From: Spirochaetia bacterium
GTDB taxonomy: Bacteria > Spirochaetota > Spirochaetia > DSM-2461
Assembly: GCA_963666985.2 (NCBI GenBank)
Contig: CAXXIA010000002.1
Location: 1,152,001 to 1,216,000, forward strand
DNA: 64,000 nt
Reading direction: 5' to 3'
A model generated the notes under the pieces. That model worked only from the letters and a program-made list of their open reading frames with translations, was not told the origin of the DNA and searched no databases. How positions within the stretch are numbered: position 1 is the stretch's first letter; the number at the start of each line of letters is the position of its first letter. A program made the translations under genes and the position numbers. Below, piece after piece: positions 8,736 through 18,484 of this stretch.

Positions 8736-9863
8736 ATGCCCGATTTCATTTCGCCCGTACGCATCGGCATCGTCGGTCTCGGGAACATGGGGGCGATACA
8801 CGCGGGATATCTCGTCGACGGACTCGTGCCCAACGCGGTTCTTTCGGCGGTGTGCGACGCGTCCACGGACAGACTTTCCGCCTTTCCGGATGCCGCGCAT
8901 TTCACCGATTCCGGGGAGATGTACCGCTCAGGACTCATTGATGCCGTTCTTATCGCCGTTCCCCACCCTTTTCACACCCCTCTGGCGGTGGCGGCAATCG
9001 AAGAAGGACTGCATCTTTTGGTGGAAAAGCCCTTGGGGATCCACAAAAACGACTGCCTCACCACAATCCGTGCTTACGAGAAGCGGCCTCGCAAAGAGCA
9101 AATCTTCGGCGTAATGTTCAACCAGCGGACCCGGCCCATCTACGCAAAGCTCAAATCGATGATAGCCGGCGGAGAACTGGGAGAGATTCACCGCGTCAAC
9201 TGGATTATCACCGATTGGTTCCGATCCGAAGCTTATTACAAGTCCGGAGGATGGCGCGCCACCTGGAAAGGGGAAGGCGGGGGAGTAATGCTGAATCAAT
9301 GCCCGCATCAGCTGGACCTGATGGCCTGGCTCTTCGGCATGCCCTCACGAGTTCGCGCCTTCGGAAGCCTCGGGAAATATCATAACATCGAAGTGGAAGA
9401 CGAGCTGACCGCATATCTGGAATACCCCTCCGGAGCCACCGGTGTCTTCATCGCCTCAACGGGGGAAGCCCCGGGTACGAACCGTTTGGAAATCGCCGCC
9501 GAAATGGGCCGCATCGTCATCGAAAACGATACGGTGGAATGGATCAGAAACGAAATTGCGGCTTCCGAGTTTTCCGCCGCGACGGATACACGCTTGGATA
9601 AACCGCCGTCGAAAGCTGTTGAGATCATCATCGGCAAGCAGGATGTTCCCGATCATGTCGCGGCGACACGGAGCTTCGTCGCGGCGATTCAAGGAACGGG
9701 CGATCTGGTCGCCCGCGGAGAGGAGGGTTTGAATTCGGTGGAGCTGGCGAACGCCATGCTCTTCAGCGCCCTGCGGAACCGAACCGTTGATTTTCCCCTG
9801 GACGGAGATGAATACGAGTCTCTTTTGAAGGAACTCATTACCGCATCGGAAAAGCATCAATAA
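8736..9863 (+). CDS. Gfo/Idh/MocA family oxidoreductase
   Basis: IGIVGLGNMG, VEKP, GGGVMLNQCPHQLD; ATG 8736 after GGAGG. Confidence 0.92.
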   Translation: MPDFISPVRIGIVGLGNMGAIHAGYLVDGLVPNAVLSAVCDASTDRLSAFPDAAHFTDSGEMYRSGLIDAVLIAVPHPFHTPLAVAAIEEGLHLLVEKPLGIHKNDCLTTIRAYEKRPRKEQIFGVMFNQRTRPIYAKLKSMIAGGELGEIHRVNWIITDWFRSEAYYKSGGWRATWKGEGGGVMLNQCPHQLDLMAWLFGMPSRVRAFGSLGKYHNIEVEDELTAYLEYPSGATGVFIASTGEAPGTNRLEIAAEMGRIVIENDTVEWIRNEIAASEFSAATDTRLDKPPSKAVEIIIGKQDVPDHVAATRSFVAAIQGTGDLVARGEEGLNSVELANAMLFSALRNRTVDFPLDGDEYESLLKELITASEKHQ

Positions 9864-9888
9864 AAGGCCGAAGAAGGAGAATGGAAGC

Positions 9889-10968
9889 ATGAGCAGAGAC
9901 GGCATGAACTATACGCCGGAGATGACCGTAACAAAACATGTCGTGGAACCCGGCGAATTCATCTTCGCCGCCTCCCATTTCGACCACGGACATATCTACG
10001 CTCAGATAGCCGGACTTGAATCCGCCGGAGGGATTCTGAAATACATCTTTGAGCCGAATCCGGACAAGATTGAGAACGTGGTGCGAAATCATCCCGGAGT
10101 AACCGTTGTTCGGGACTTTCGCGAGATTCTCGATGACAAAGACGTAAAATTAGTAACTTCGGCGGCCGTTCCGAACCTTCGATGCGGTATTGGAATGAAC
10201 GTTATGGAAGCGGGTAAAGATTATTTTACCGACAAGGCGCCGTTCACGACACCTGATCAGCTGGCTGCGGCCCGAAAGGCCGTAAAGCGAACCGGAAAAA
10301 AGTACATGGTCTGCTATTCGGAACGTCTTCTCAACGAATCGGCGTGGCACGCGGGCGAACTGATCCGCGACGGCGCCGTCGGCCGGGTGCTTCAAGTGCT
10401 GAACCTGGCTCCGCATAATCTGGCCCCGTCCACGAGGCCGGAATGGTTTTTTAAGAAAGAGGCCTGCGGCGGCATCCTGAACGACATCGGTTCCCATCAG
10501 GTGGAGCAGTTTCTTACTTACGCGGATGCCGCCGACGGGACATTGAATTTCGCCCGTACCGCCAACCTCGATACTCCCGAATACCCGGAATTCGAAGATT
10601 TCGGAGAAATGTCTCTGACACTAAACACCGGCGCTTCGGCCTACTGCCGCCTCGACTGGTTCAATCCCGCCGGTTCAAGAACCTGGGGAGACGGTCGTAC
10701 GTTTGTTTTGGGCACCGAAGGTTATCTGGAAATCCGTAAATACGTCGATGTCGCCCGCGGCGAGGGGGATAAGATTCTCCTCGTGGACGGCAAGGGGGAA
10801 ACGGAAATCGATTGCCGGGGAAAAGTGGGCTTCCCGTTCTTCGGCCGGCTCATCCTGGATGTGCTGGAAAGAACGGAAAACGCCATGACTCAGGAGCACG
10901 CCTTCAAAGCGGCAGAACTCTCTCTGGCCGCGCAGGCCGCGGCGGATTCCGTGCGGGGCGCCGTTTAG
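9889..10968 (+). CDS. Gfo/Idh/MocA family oxidoreductase
   Basis: DHGHIY, TDKAP, GGILNDIGSHQ, WGDGR. Confidence 0.9.
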   Translation: MSRDGMNYTPEMTVTKHVVEPGEFIFAASHFDHGHIYAQIAGLESAGGILKYIFEPNPDKIENVVRNHPGVTVVRDFREILDDKDVKLVTSAAVPNLRCGIGMNVMEAGKDYFTDKAPFTTPDQLAAARKAVKRTGKKYMVCYSERLLNESAWHAGELIRDGAVGRVLQVLNLAPHNLAPSTRPEWFFKKEACGGILNDIGSHQVEQFLTYADAADGTLNFARTANLDTPEYPEFEDFGEMSLTLNTGASAYCRLDWFNPAGSRTWGDGRTFVLGTEGYLEIRKYVDVARGEGDKILLVDGKGETEIDCRGKVGFPFFGRLILDVLERTENAMTQEHAFKAAELSLAAQAAADSVRGAV

Positions 10969-11103
10969 GACTTTGCAACGTTAATCCCGGCCATGCAGGG
11001 TTGCCGCGGAGACCGCGCCGGGCTCCGCGGAGAACTTAAAACCGCAATGAATCCGGCCGGTTTCATCAATTGTTTACGCGGCCCATTATTTACACGGCCC
11101 ATC

Positions 11104-12954
11104 CTATTTTTCGCCGGGAAGATCTCCGAGCAGGCGTTCCAATTCGGAAAGATGCCGACTGACACCCGATGCATTTCCGGCAAGCGCCGCCGCTTCGGCC
11201 TGTTCCGCGGCGGGAAGTGCTCTCAGCGCGATTCCCGCATATCGGCCGTTCCTCCCTTCGGCGACGCCTTTAAGCTGAAGCTCTATCGTCCGAATCATCC
11301 CGACGGAATCCCGAAGAGAAGCTTCGGCGGCACAAGCGATGTTGCCGTGAGTCCATTCCAATGCGCCGCGGGCCCAAGATTCCGGATCGGAAGGCCGAAA
11401 AGCGGCAAGTCCCGCCGGCGGAGCCTGTTTCATTTTCAGTTTCTTCGGCAGACGTTCCGCCGCTTCACCGTAATAAAACGCCGAATCCGGTACGGCACCC
11501 ATGGAAACAAAGACGTTCCCTCTATGATCCGGAACAATAAGGGCGCTGGAAGAACTCCGAAGAGGGACTTCATGTAAAAGCGATCCGTCGGAAGGATTCA
11601 AAGCGACAAGAACATTGGAATAGGGAATATTGGCGATACGTCCCTTCGCTTTAATCCGGTATCCGTAATCCAGAGCGGCCCATAAAATCCCCGGCGTGGT
11701 TACAAGAACGCAATCGACGGAATTGCTGCGGACCAGCGGCGGCGCGGCGGGTACGCTTTTTCGGACAAGATCGGAATAATCCCGCTTCCAAAGGATTTCT
11801 CCGGATCTCCCGTTCAAAGCGATGATGGTTCCCTTCTTCTTGTTCGTATACGTAAAAACCGTTCCGTTTTGCCCCACCGACGGGGATGCGACGGCATCGA
11901 TACCCGAAACCTCCCACACCACCGATCCGTCTTTCGAATCGAAGGCGTACATCGTACCTCCGTCGTCGGCGGCATAAACAAGCCGGCCGTCGGGACTCAA
12001 AGCGGGGCTCGTCCCGCTCCCCGGCCCTACCGAAGTTTCGAATGCGATAACGGCTCCTTCGGGAGTCACATCAATTCCGTAAAGACTGCCCGAACTTTCG
12101 TTCCGGCCTGCCGCGATAATATAGATCCGGCCCGTACCGGGATGAACCGCGGGTGTGTTGGCCACCTCAATCTCTCGGCCGAAAAACAAATCCCAAAGAG
12201 GCCGGATATAATCGGGATCAACCAAACCGCCGCCCAAAACCCCCGCGGGCACAGGCTCGGAAGGAGGTCCTTTTTCTCCGGGAAGATCCAGAGGACTCCC
12301 ATGAACCGAACCGCTGTTCTTATCGACAAGAAGGACTTGACCGTCCGTGGTTATCCCCCCGACAAGAGACTCTCCGACAAATTGCGCGGTAATGAAATTC
12401 CCCGTTACACCGGCGTCCGCGAAGGCGATTTCCCAGCGAGTTTTTCCGCCGGAATCCAAGGAATAAAACGACCGTCCGTCCGCAAAATAAATATTCCCGT
12501 CCGGATCGGAAACAGGCGGATTAATCAGGATTCCGGCCTCGAAGTCGGCGCTTTCCCATGCCGAACGTCCGTCCGGATAAAAAACATGCAGTGAAGCGGT
12601 TCCGCCGCCTTGCCCCGTCGTAACATATAACTTCCCGTCGGGCCCGATGTGGGGTCCGCCCAAGATCGACGCGCCGTCCAGAGCGTACCAGGCAAGCTCC
12701 AAATCCGGTACCGCGTAAAACGGAGAAAAATCGGAATTCCGGGAATCCCTATGCAGAGCCGGCCAAGCCGTATGGGCATATCCGGGACCCGGAGAAAAAT
12801 CCCGCGCCAGAGCCGGTGCCGTCCAATCCGCATCTTGAGACGCGGAACACGATGAAAATCCGAGAAAAACTGTCAATGAAAAAAGAAGAACCGGAATACC
12901 GGCGTTCAGCAGAAAAGCTTGAGCACGCCGGACCGGGGGCGCGGTCCGTTTCAT
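11104..12954 (-). CDS. Exported PQQ-like/BamB-type beta-propeller repeat protein
   Basis: Signal/lipoprotein-like N-terminus; repeated SP...DG.VY / A.D..G...W blades; SD GGAGG. Confidence 0.75.
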   Translation of the reverse strand: MKRTAPPVRRAQAFLLNAGIPVLLFSLTVFLGFSSCSASQDADWTAPALARDFSPGPGYAHTAWPALHRDSRNSDFSPFYAVPDLELAWYALDGASILGGPHIGPDGKLYVTTGQGGGTASLHVFYPDGRSAWESADFEAGILINPPVSDPDGNIYFADGRSFYSLDSGGKTRWEIAFADAGVTGNFITAQFVGESLVGGITTDGQVLLVDKNSGSVHGSPLDLPGEKGPPSEPVPAGVLGGGLVDPDYIRPLWDLFFGREIEVANTPAVHPGTGRIYIIAAGRNESSGSLYGIDVTPEGAVIAFETSVGPGSGTSPALSPDGRLVYAADDGGTMYAFDSKDGSVVWEVSGIDAVASPSVGQNGTVFTYTNKKKGTIIALNGRSGEILWKRDYSDLVRKSVPAAPPLVRSNSVDCVLVTTPGILWAALDYGYRIKAKGRIANIPYSNVLVALNPSDGSLLHEVPLRSSSSALIVPDHRGNVFVSMGAVPDSAFYYGEAAERLPKKLKMKQAPPAGLAAFRPSDPESWARGALEWTHGNIACAAEASLRDSVGMIRTIELQLKGVAEGRNGRYAGIALRALPAAEQAEAAALAGNASGVSRHLSELERLLGDLPGEK

Positions 12955-13157
12955 GAACACCTCCAGAGTAATCTATCCCGCTTCAACAGGAAAACAAGTT
13001 TTCCTCACATACGAAGCCGTTTCCGCATAGGCCGCCATTGCGCAAGCGGCTTAAGCGACGACTTTTGGCGGCAGCCGAAAACACAGCTTCACGGGCCGTC
13101 CTGAGAAAACCGCCGACCATCCCCCCGCGGGTAGCATTCTTGAACGGAGCCATCGAA

Positions 13158-13694
13158 TCAGACCAGTTCTCCAAGTTTCTCCAAAAACTCTTGAAACCGC
13201 CCCTGATCGCGGAAATCCATCAGTCCGTCTTCCTGATATTGATCCTTGGCCATGGCCTTTATCGTTCCGCCGATACGCTTTTTAAGCCCTTCGGGCAAAC
13301 CTTCACCGGGTCGAAAATCGATAACGGGACCGATGGGCTCTGAGAAAACAGGTTTCAGGCCGATACGGCCGATTTTTTTATCAAGAAACTTCTCGCGCGC
13401 TTTTTCGGATGCTTCAATAGCCATACCGCAGGCAATAAACACAACCGTTTGAACTCCCGCTCTCCGGCACTTTCCCAAAAACCGCTTAACCGCGCCGATC
13501 CAGCTGAACATCGCTATGCTCGAACCGGCGACAACAAGATCGTATTCTTCAAGTTTGGCGGACGGCCGCCCTTTCTTCAGATCTACAACCTCAACCTGCA
13601 CGCCCTTCTTTCCGAGAAACTCCGCGATATCCTGCGCAATAATGCGGGCCGAACCGTACCGAGTTCCGTAAGCTACCAGGATTTTCTTCGACAT
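13158..13694 (-). CDS. Flavodoxin-domain protein (HemG/Flavodoxin_5-like)
   Basis: LVAYGTRYGSA..IA, YDLVVAGSSI, C-terminal DFRD. Confidence 0.82.
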   Translation of the reverse strand: MSKKILVAYGTRYGSARIIAQDIAEFLGKKGVQVEVVDLKKGRPSAKLEEYDLVVAGSSIAMFSWIGAVKRFLGKCRRAGVQTVVFIACGMAIEASEKAREKFLDKKIGRIGLKPVFSEPIGPVIDFRPGEGLPEGLKKRIGGTIKAMAKDQYQEDGLMDFRDQGRFQEFLEKLGELV

Positions 13695-13761
13695 AGGTCT
13701 TCCCTCCATGCTCCGGTTGGAACTTTTGTTGATTAAGGCAATTTCATAATTCATGAAATTG

Positions 13762-13844
13762 CTTGTACCCGATGGCCAAAACCCCTCTGAATTCGTTTTA
13801 GAAGGGCTTTATTTCAAAAATCAACAATTTTTGAAATCGTCTTG
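13762..13844 (+). repeat. Dispersed palindromic non-coding repeat, copy A
   Basis: Aligns to the reverse complement of 39344-39425; contains hairpin ATTTCAAAAAT-N5-ATTTTTGAAAT. Confidence 0.75.
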
Positions 13845-14035
13845 ATTATAACACGAATCGGTTCGATTAATAAAATGAGCTTACATCCCCGATAAGGTCC
13901 GCCGAATAACCCGTTTGCGGATAAAAAAAACAGCCGTAAAGTATGCGGTGATTCAAAAATGTCTTTTTTCCTCTCAACATCTCTTCACTTATATACGTAT
14001 CCTCCGTCTATACTGAAAAGAAGGAGAGATTAGGT

Positions 14036-14353
14036 ATGAAAAGGATATTCATCATCATTTCGGTATTCGCTCTTGCGGCATTGGTTCTTTCAGGGTGCGC
14101 CCCGGGGCCGAACGGCATGGCGAATACATCCGGCTCGGACGGCGAGATTGCCGGATTCTGGCGCGGACTCTGGCACGGCTTCGCCTCGCCGGTGATGTTC
14201 ATCATCTCGCTCTTTAACGAAAAGGTTGAAGTCTTCGAGGTTCACAACAACGGAGGCTGGTACAGCTTCGGATTTCTGATGGGAGCAAGCATTATTTTCG
14301 GCGGCAGCGGCGGAAGCGCCTGCGGGAAAAAACGCCGCCGTAATTGCGATTAA
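14036..14353 (+). CDS. Small hypothetical membrane lipoprotein
   Basis: SD AAGGAG; lipobox LSGC; GFWRGLWHG...EVHNNGGWYSFGF. Confidence 0.8.
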   Translation: MKRIFIIISVFALAALVLSGCAPGPNGMANTSGSDGEIAGFWRGLWHGFASPVMFIISLFNEKVEVFEVHNNGGWYSFGFLMGASIIFGGSGGSACGKKRRRNCD

Positions 14354-14496
14354 ACCTTAAACGATACCGTTCGCGGCACTGTCGGCCGCGGACGGACGTC
14401 CCGAAATCCGCCGCGCGCCAATCTTAAAAAGCGCTACCGAACTCAAGTAAGACGAGTTATAATATTACAACTTCCAAATCAGTGAGGTATGCCGCC

Positions 14497-15570
14497 ATGC
14501 GCACCGATTTCGACTTCCCCTTATCCGACGGAACCGTCATGAAAAGCTACGCATGGGGGGCACCGGCCCTCGGGACCGCGGGAGACTCCGGGGACATTGG
14601 CGCCGGTAACACGATTGATAAAGCGGATGCCTCATATAAAGCGCCCGATACCGCAGCAGCCCCTCCCGCCGACTCACACACCGCCTCACCCACTACCGCT
14701 GCCGCCCTCCCAAAAGCCGTGCTCCTGATAATCCACGGTTCCCTGGAACACGCCCTGCGCTACGAACCCTTCGCCGAATTCATCGCCTCAAAAGGCTTCG
14801 CCGTCTATTCCGCAGACCTCCGCGGACACGGCCGGACCATCCGAAGCGAAAAGGAACTGAACTATTTCACCGACGGCCCGAACGGCTGGAATCTCGTTCT
14901 GGACGACCTTCAAGCTTTCAGTGCCCGCATCCGCGAAACCTATCCCAAAACGCCGCTCTTCGTTCTCGGCCACAGCATGGGAAGCTTCCTGGCCCGATGC
15001 CTGGCGGTCCGCACGGGCAAAGACATGGCCGGACTCATTCTCTCCGGCACCGGCGGCGCACCGGCGGCCCTTCTTCGCGGAGGCCTTGCTCTGGCCGCCC
15101 TTTCCATGGCCCTCGGCATCCGGAAAAAACGCAACCCCTTCCTGCACAAACTGGTCTACGGAACCCTGAACAACGCCATCGAGAATCCTCAAACCCCCTC
15201 GGACTTCATCAGCCGCGATCCCGAAACGGTCCGCGCCTATCTGGCCGATCCTCTTTCCGGGGAAACCGCCACAACCGAATACATCTTTGAAATGATCAAA
15301 GGATTTCTATTAGCCATGAAGCGCTCCACCTACCGCGCCACACCGAAAAATCTTCCCATCCTCATGTTCTCCGGTGAAAAAGACCCCGTGGCCGGTCCCA
15401 AAGGAGACGCCGCGGTGCTTAAAGACGCCCATCAGGCCTACGCCCAAGCCGGCATCGGCGACCTTACGTTAAAGATTTATCCCGAAGCCCGCCACGAAAT
15501 GCTGAACGAAATCAACCGCGCCGAAGTCTACGCGGACGTCCTGGAATGGATGGAAAAACATATCTCCTAA
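14497..15570 (+). CDS. Alpha/beta hydrolase, lysophospholipase-like
   Basis: HG..EH..RY, DLRGHG, GHSMG nucleophile, DPV, RHE.LNE; ~50-aa low-complexity insert near the N-terminus. Confidence 0.9.
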   Translation: MRTDFDFPLSDGTVMKSYAWGAPALGTAGDSGDIGAGNTIDKADASYKAPDTAAAPPADSHTASPTTAAALPKAVLLIIHGSLEHALRYEPFAEFIASKGFAVYSADLRGHGRTIRSEKELNYFTDGPNGWNLVLDDLQAFSARIRETYPKTPLFVLGHSMGSFLARCLAVRTGKDMAGLILSGTGGAPAALLRGGLALAALSMALGIRKKRNPFLHKLVYGTLNNAIENPQTPSDFISRDPETVRAYLADPLSGETATTEYIFEMIKGFLLAMKRSTYRATPKNLPILMFSGEKDPVAGPKGDAAVLKDAHQAYAQAGIGDLTLKIYPEARHEMLNEINRAEVYADVLEWMEKHIS

Positions 15571-15831
15571 AGCTTTCTTAGGATGATCCCCAAAGCCGAT
15601 CGGAACATTCCTTCGGTTTTCGAAACAAGGCCGCTTCGGGCGAGAAGCAGTAAACCGCCATAATACGCTGCCCGGCAAATCATCTCGCCTTCCGTGAAAA
15701 GCCGCCGCCATAATATGCGGCCCGGCGAAACGCCTTATGCACCTCCGAGGCCGCCGATCATACAGCCCTGCCGTTCCGCTGCGTCCGCCGGCGGCTTCAC
15801 ACCGAACGAGTCTTCCCGCGCCGGGCCGCTC

Positions 15832-16287
15832 TTACCCGCGATTGCTCTTCCCTGTTATCGAATCGATGAAAATCCCGAAAACACGCGTTTTTTCGAAAAG
15901 TTTCTCAATATACCGCATGCCCGCCTCGTAATGCCCGCCCGAATACTTGAGAACCAGAGCTTCCAAGGCACGGCGCTTCTCATCGCCCAAAGCTTCGGCG
16001 GCCGTCCCTCGAACGATGCAGCTCTCATAGAGCGTCGTAAACTTCTCCGGAAGAACCTCCGTCCGTCCGACAGCGCAAAAAGACACTTCGGGGTTCGCCT
16101 CGATGCATTCAATCTTGAAGCCTTCGACGGCGCAGTGGAAATAAACGCGTTCTTCAACAACACAGTAATTCAGCGGCACCGTATACGGCGCGCCGTCCTT
16201 CGCCACCGCTCCGAGAATCCCGTAGTCCCCTCTTTCCAGGAGATCCATGGCTTGTTCTTCATTAAGCTCTCTGTCGCTTCTTCTCAT
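15832..16287 (-). CDS. Pyridoxamine 5'-phosphate oxidase-like (NimA/NimC-like) flavin-binding protein
   Basis: MRRSDRE, PYTVPLNY, YFHCA.EG.K, YES....G, ITGK. Confidence 0.88.
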   Translation of the reverse strand: MRRSDRELNEEQAMDLLERGDYGILGAVAKDGAPYTVPLNYCVVEERVYFHCAVEGFKIECIEANPEVSFCAVGRTEVLPEKFTTLYESCIVRGTAAEALGDEKRRALEALVLKYSGGHYEAGMRYIEKLFEKTRVFGIFIDSITGKSNRG

Positions 16288-16399
16288 CCGCTCTCCAACA
16301 CTTCCGTCTGATGACACTTTCGAAAGGTAACACCGTTTCCGTGGGTTTTTCACGTAACCCGTAATACAGTTGAATATTATGAATCCTGGGAGGTCTCCG

Positions 16400-17896
16400 A
16401 TGCGAGTTATTTCTCCTCTTTTCGCCCTTTTCCTGATGATTTCCGTCCTCATCCCCCTTTCCGCTTCAGGAACGGATGAAGAACCGCCCGCCGCGCCGAA
16501 TAACGGACAAAACATCGGTGAAACCGACTCGAAAGGAGTCGGCCGCGGCGATTCCCGTCCCAATCCGACGAACCGCGCCGCCTATGCCGAAGCGGTGCGT
16601 TCCGCCGAAGCCATGGCTTATGATCCGGTGGCCCAAGCCCTGGCCTCCCTCTACGGAATGGATCTCTTGAACGTTACCTGGGAAGATACCGGACGGTATA
16701 AAAACTCAGCCGTCGGGCCGAACATCAGCGATATGACCATTCAGGTGGAACTGAAAGATCCCAAAACGGCCTTGAGGGGACTCCACCTGATGCCCGTACT
16801 CCGCTATCCGAACTTCGCCGATCTTACGGCTGATCTGAGACCGGAAGATTTCAGGCTGCTGGTTGGGAACGAAACCGGCGGTTCCCTGGTTGATATCGAC
16901 CTGAAAACCTTTCTGCAGCGCCCCGGCGACTATCTGACCAATCCGAAAAGCTGGCGCGGCGGTCCGGAAAGCCTGCTCGCCCGAAACCGGGATTCTCATG
17001 TGCTGGTGAGCGCCCAGGCCTGCTTCCTGCCCATCCCTTCCGGCGGAGAAGCCGTTTTTAATCCGGTTTTATTCAACTATCAGAGCTCGGCGGGAAATCC
17101 CGCTGTCCTGACCATCCTGGCCACAAGGGAAGGAACCAGCGTCACCATCATCGACAACCAGCGCGACGGATTCGAATCGGACGGATTCTGGGGACAGCGG
17201 CTTTTCTTCAATCAGGCCGGTGAACGCGCCAGTCTGACCGGAAAGCGGCTGAGTGACTGGGAAATCGAGAATCAGACGGACGGCTCCGGGAAACCGGCGA
17301 ACCGGGATGAACCCGCCGCAGCGGCCGCCGGAGAAACAGGACTCAACATGGTGCTTCTTATTCAAGTACCCCTGAAGCACAAAACATTTTACCGCGACAT
17401 GATGCTTGTCGAGTCGGCGGAAATGTTGAATGAAAAAGCGATTGAAAGCGCCGCCGGAGTGGAAGAAGCGGTTATCGGACACGGCCCGGTGGAAGGCCCC
17501 TTCACCGAGATAGACGGATTGGATATCGAACGCGACCCGGATTTTCCTATCCGCGTAACCGTGCAGTTCTACATGGCCACCGAAGACGGCCTGGTGACCG
17601 ATCAGGATATCCGGAAACTGGCCCGGCAAATCGAGCGGGTTTACGAGGATGCGGACTATGTGGGTTCTCTGGTTGTTCAAGGCCCCACCGGACGGCCCAC
17701 CGAATATGACGGGAGTAAAATAGAACCGCCGAACTGGTGGGAGGATTTCTGGCTCAAGCATTATGAAGCCACGGGTATAACCCGGGAAGAAACCTTACGG
17801 CAATTGGCCGAAAGCACCGGCTCTTTCACCATTCCCCGAAGGGAACAAGAACTCATCCGGCTTCTGCGGGAAGCGGGAATCGCCGCGGATGCGTAA
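16400..17896 (+). CDS. Uncharacterised exported protein
   Basis: SD GGAGG, signal peptide, ~498 aa open frame with motif-like blocks (WEDTGR..S.VGPNISD, FNYQS, ERD..FPIRVTVQFY); no family recognised. Confidence 0.8.
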   Translation: MRVISPLFALFLMISVLIPLSASGTDEEPPAAPNNGQNIGETDSKGVGRGDSRPNPTNRAAYAEAVRSAEAMAYDPVAQALASLYGMDLLNVTWEDTGRYKNSAVGPNISDMTIQVELKDPKTALRGLHLMPVLRYPNFADLTADLRPEDFRLLVGNETGGSLVDIDLKTFLQRPGDYLTNPKSWRGGPESLLARNRDSHVLVSAQACFLPIPSGGEAVFNPVLFNYQSSAGNPAVLTILATREGTSVTIIDNQRDGFESDGFWGQRLFFNQAGERASLTGKRLSDWEIENQTDGSGKPANRDEPAAAAAGETGLNMVLLIQVPLKHKTFYRDMMLVESAEMLNEKAIESAAGVEEAVIGHGPVEGPFTEIDGLDIERDPDFPIRVTVQFYMATEDGLVTDQDIRKLARQIERVYEDADYVGSLVVQGPTGRPTEYDGSKIEPPNWWEDFWLKHYEATGITREETLRQLAESTGSFTIPRREQELIRLLREAGIAADA

Positions 17897-17901
17897 CGGC
17901 C

Positions 17902-17938
17902 GCTCCTCCCCCGCGGAGCGTTTTACCGCGGGAGGAGC
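17902..17938 (+). terminator. GC-rich hairpin after hypothetical gene
   Basis: GCTCCTCC(CC)CGCGG...CCGCGGGAGGAGC; no clear U-tract. Confidence 0.45.
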
Positions 17939-18004
17939 CGTCGGCGGATTTCTCCGCCATGCCGCATGATTGCGGTAACGGCTCAATCCGGGAATAATCC
18001 GGGT

Positions 18005-18475
18005 ATGGCTATCGAACAAGTTAAAAACTACTTCAAGGAGTTCGGCCAGGAACACCGCATTATGGAACTGGATGAATCGACGGCAACGGTGGCGACGGCA
18101 GCGGCCGCCCACGGCGTGGAACCCGGCCAAATCGGCAAAACCCTTTCGTTCAAACTTGAAGAAGAGCCGATCCTCATCGTAACGGCCGGAGACGCGAAAA
18201 TCTCCAATTCAAAATACAAAGCGCGATTTTCCAAGAAAGCGAAAATGCTCAATGCCGAAGAGGTCTTGGAACATACGGGACATCCGGTGGGCGGCGTCTG
18301 CCCTTTCGGTCTTCCGAAAAAGCTTCCGGTCTATCTGGATATTTCCTTACGGCGCTTCGAGGAAGTTATTCCCGCGGCCGGCAGTCTGAACTCCTCAATC
18401 AAGCTGACTCTTGAGGAACTGGAGGATTATTCAAACGCCCTGGAATGGGTTGATGTCTGCGACGTCGCGGGCTGA
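18005..18475 (+). CDS. YbaK/EbsC family aminoacyl-tRNA editing protein
   Basis: TATV..AA, IGKTL, TGH.VGGVCPFG, PAAGS. Confidence 0.9.
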   Translation: MAIEQVKNYFKEFGQEHRIMELDESTATVATAAAAHGVEPGQIGKTLSFKLEEEPILIVTAGDAKISNSKYKARFSKKAKMLNAEEVLEHTGHPVGGVCPFGLPKKLPVYLDISLRRFEEVIPAAGSLNSSIKLTLEELEDYSNALEWVDVCDVAG

Positions 18476-18484
18476 GGATTCTCA

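Noticed and set aside
10993..11577. 194-aa plus-strand ORF after the second Gfo gene
   Set aside because: Mostly antisense to the beta-propeller gene; Arg/Pro-rich and without an RBS
15655..15729. Possible mini-CRISPR array
   Set aside because: Only two imperfect units, no leader, no cas genes in the window
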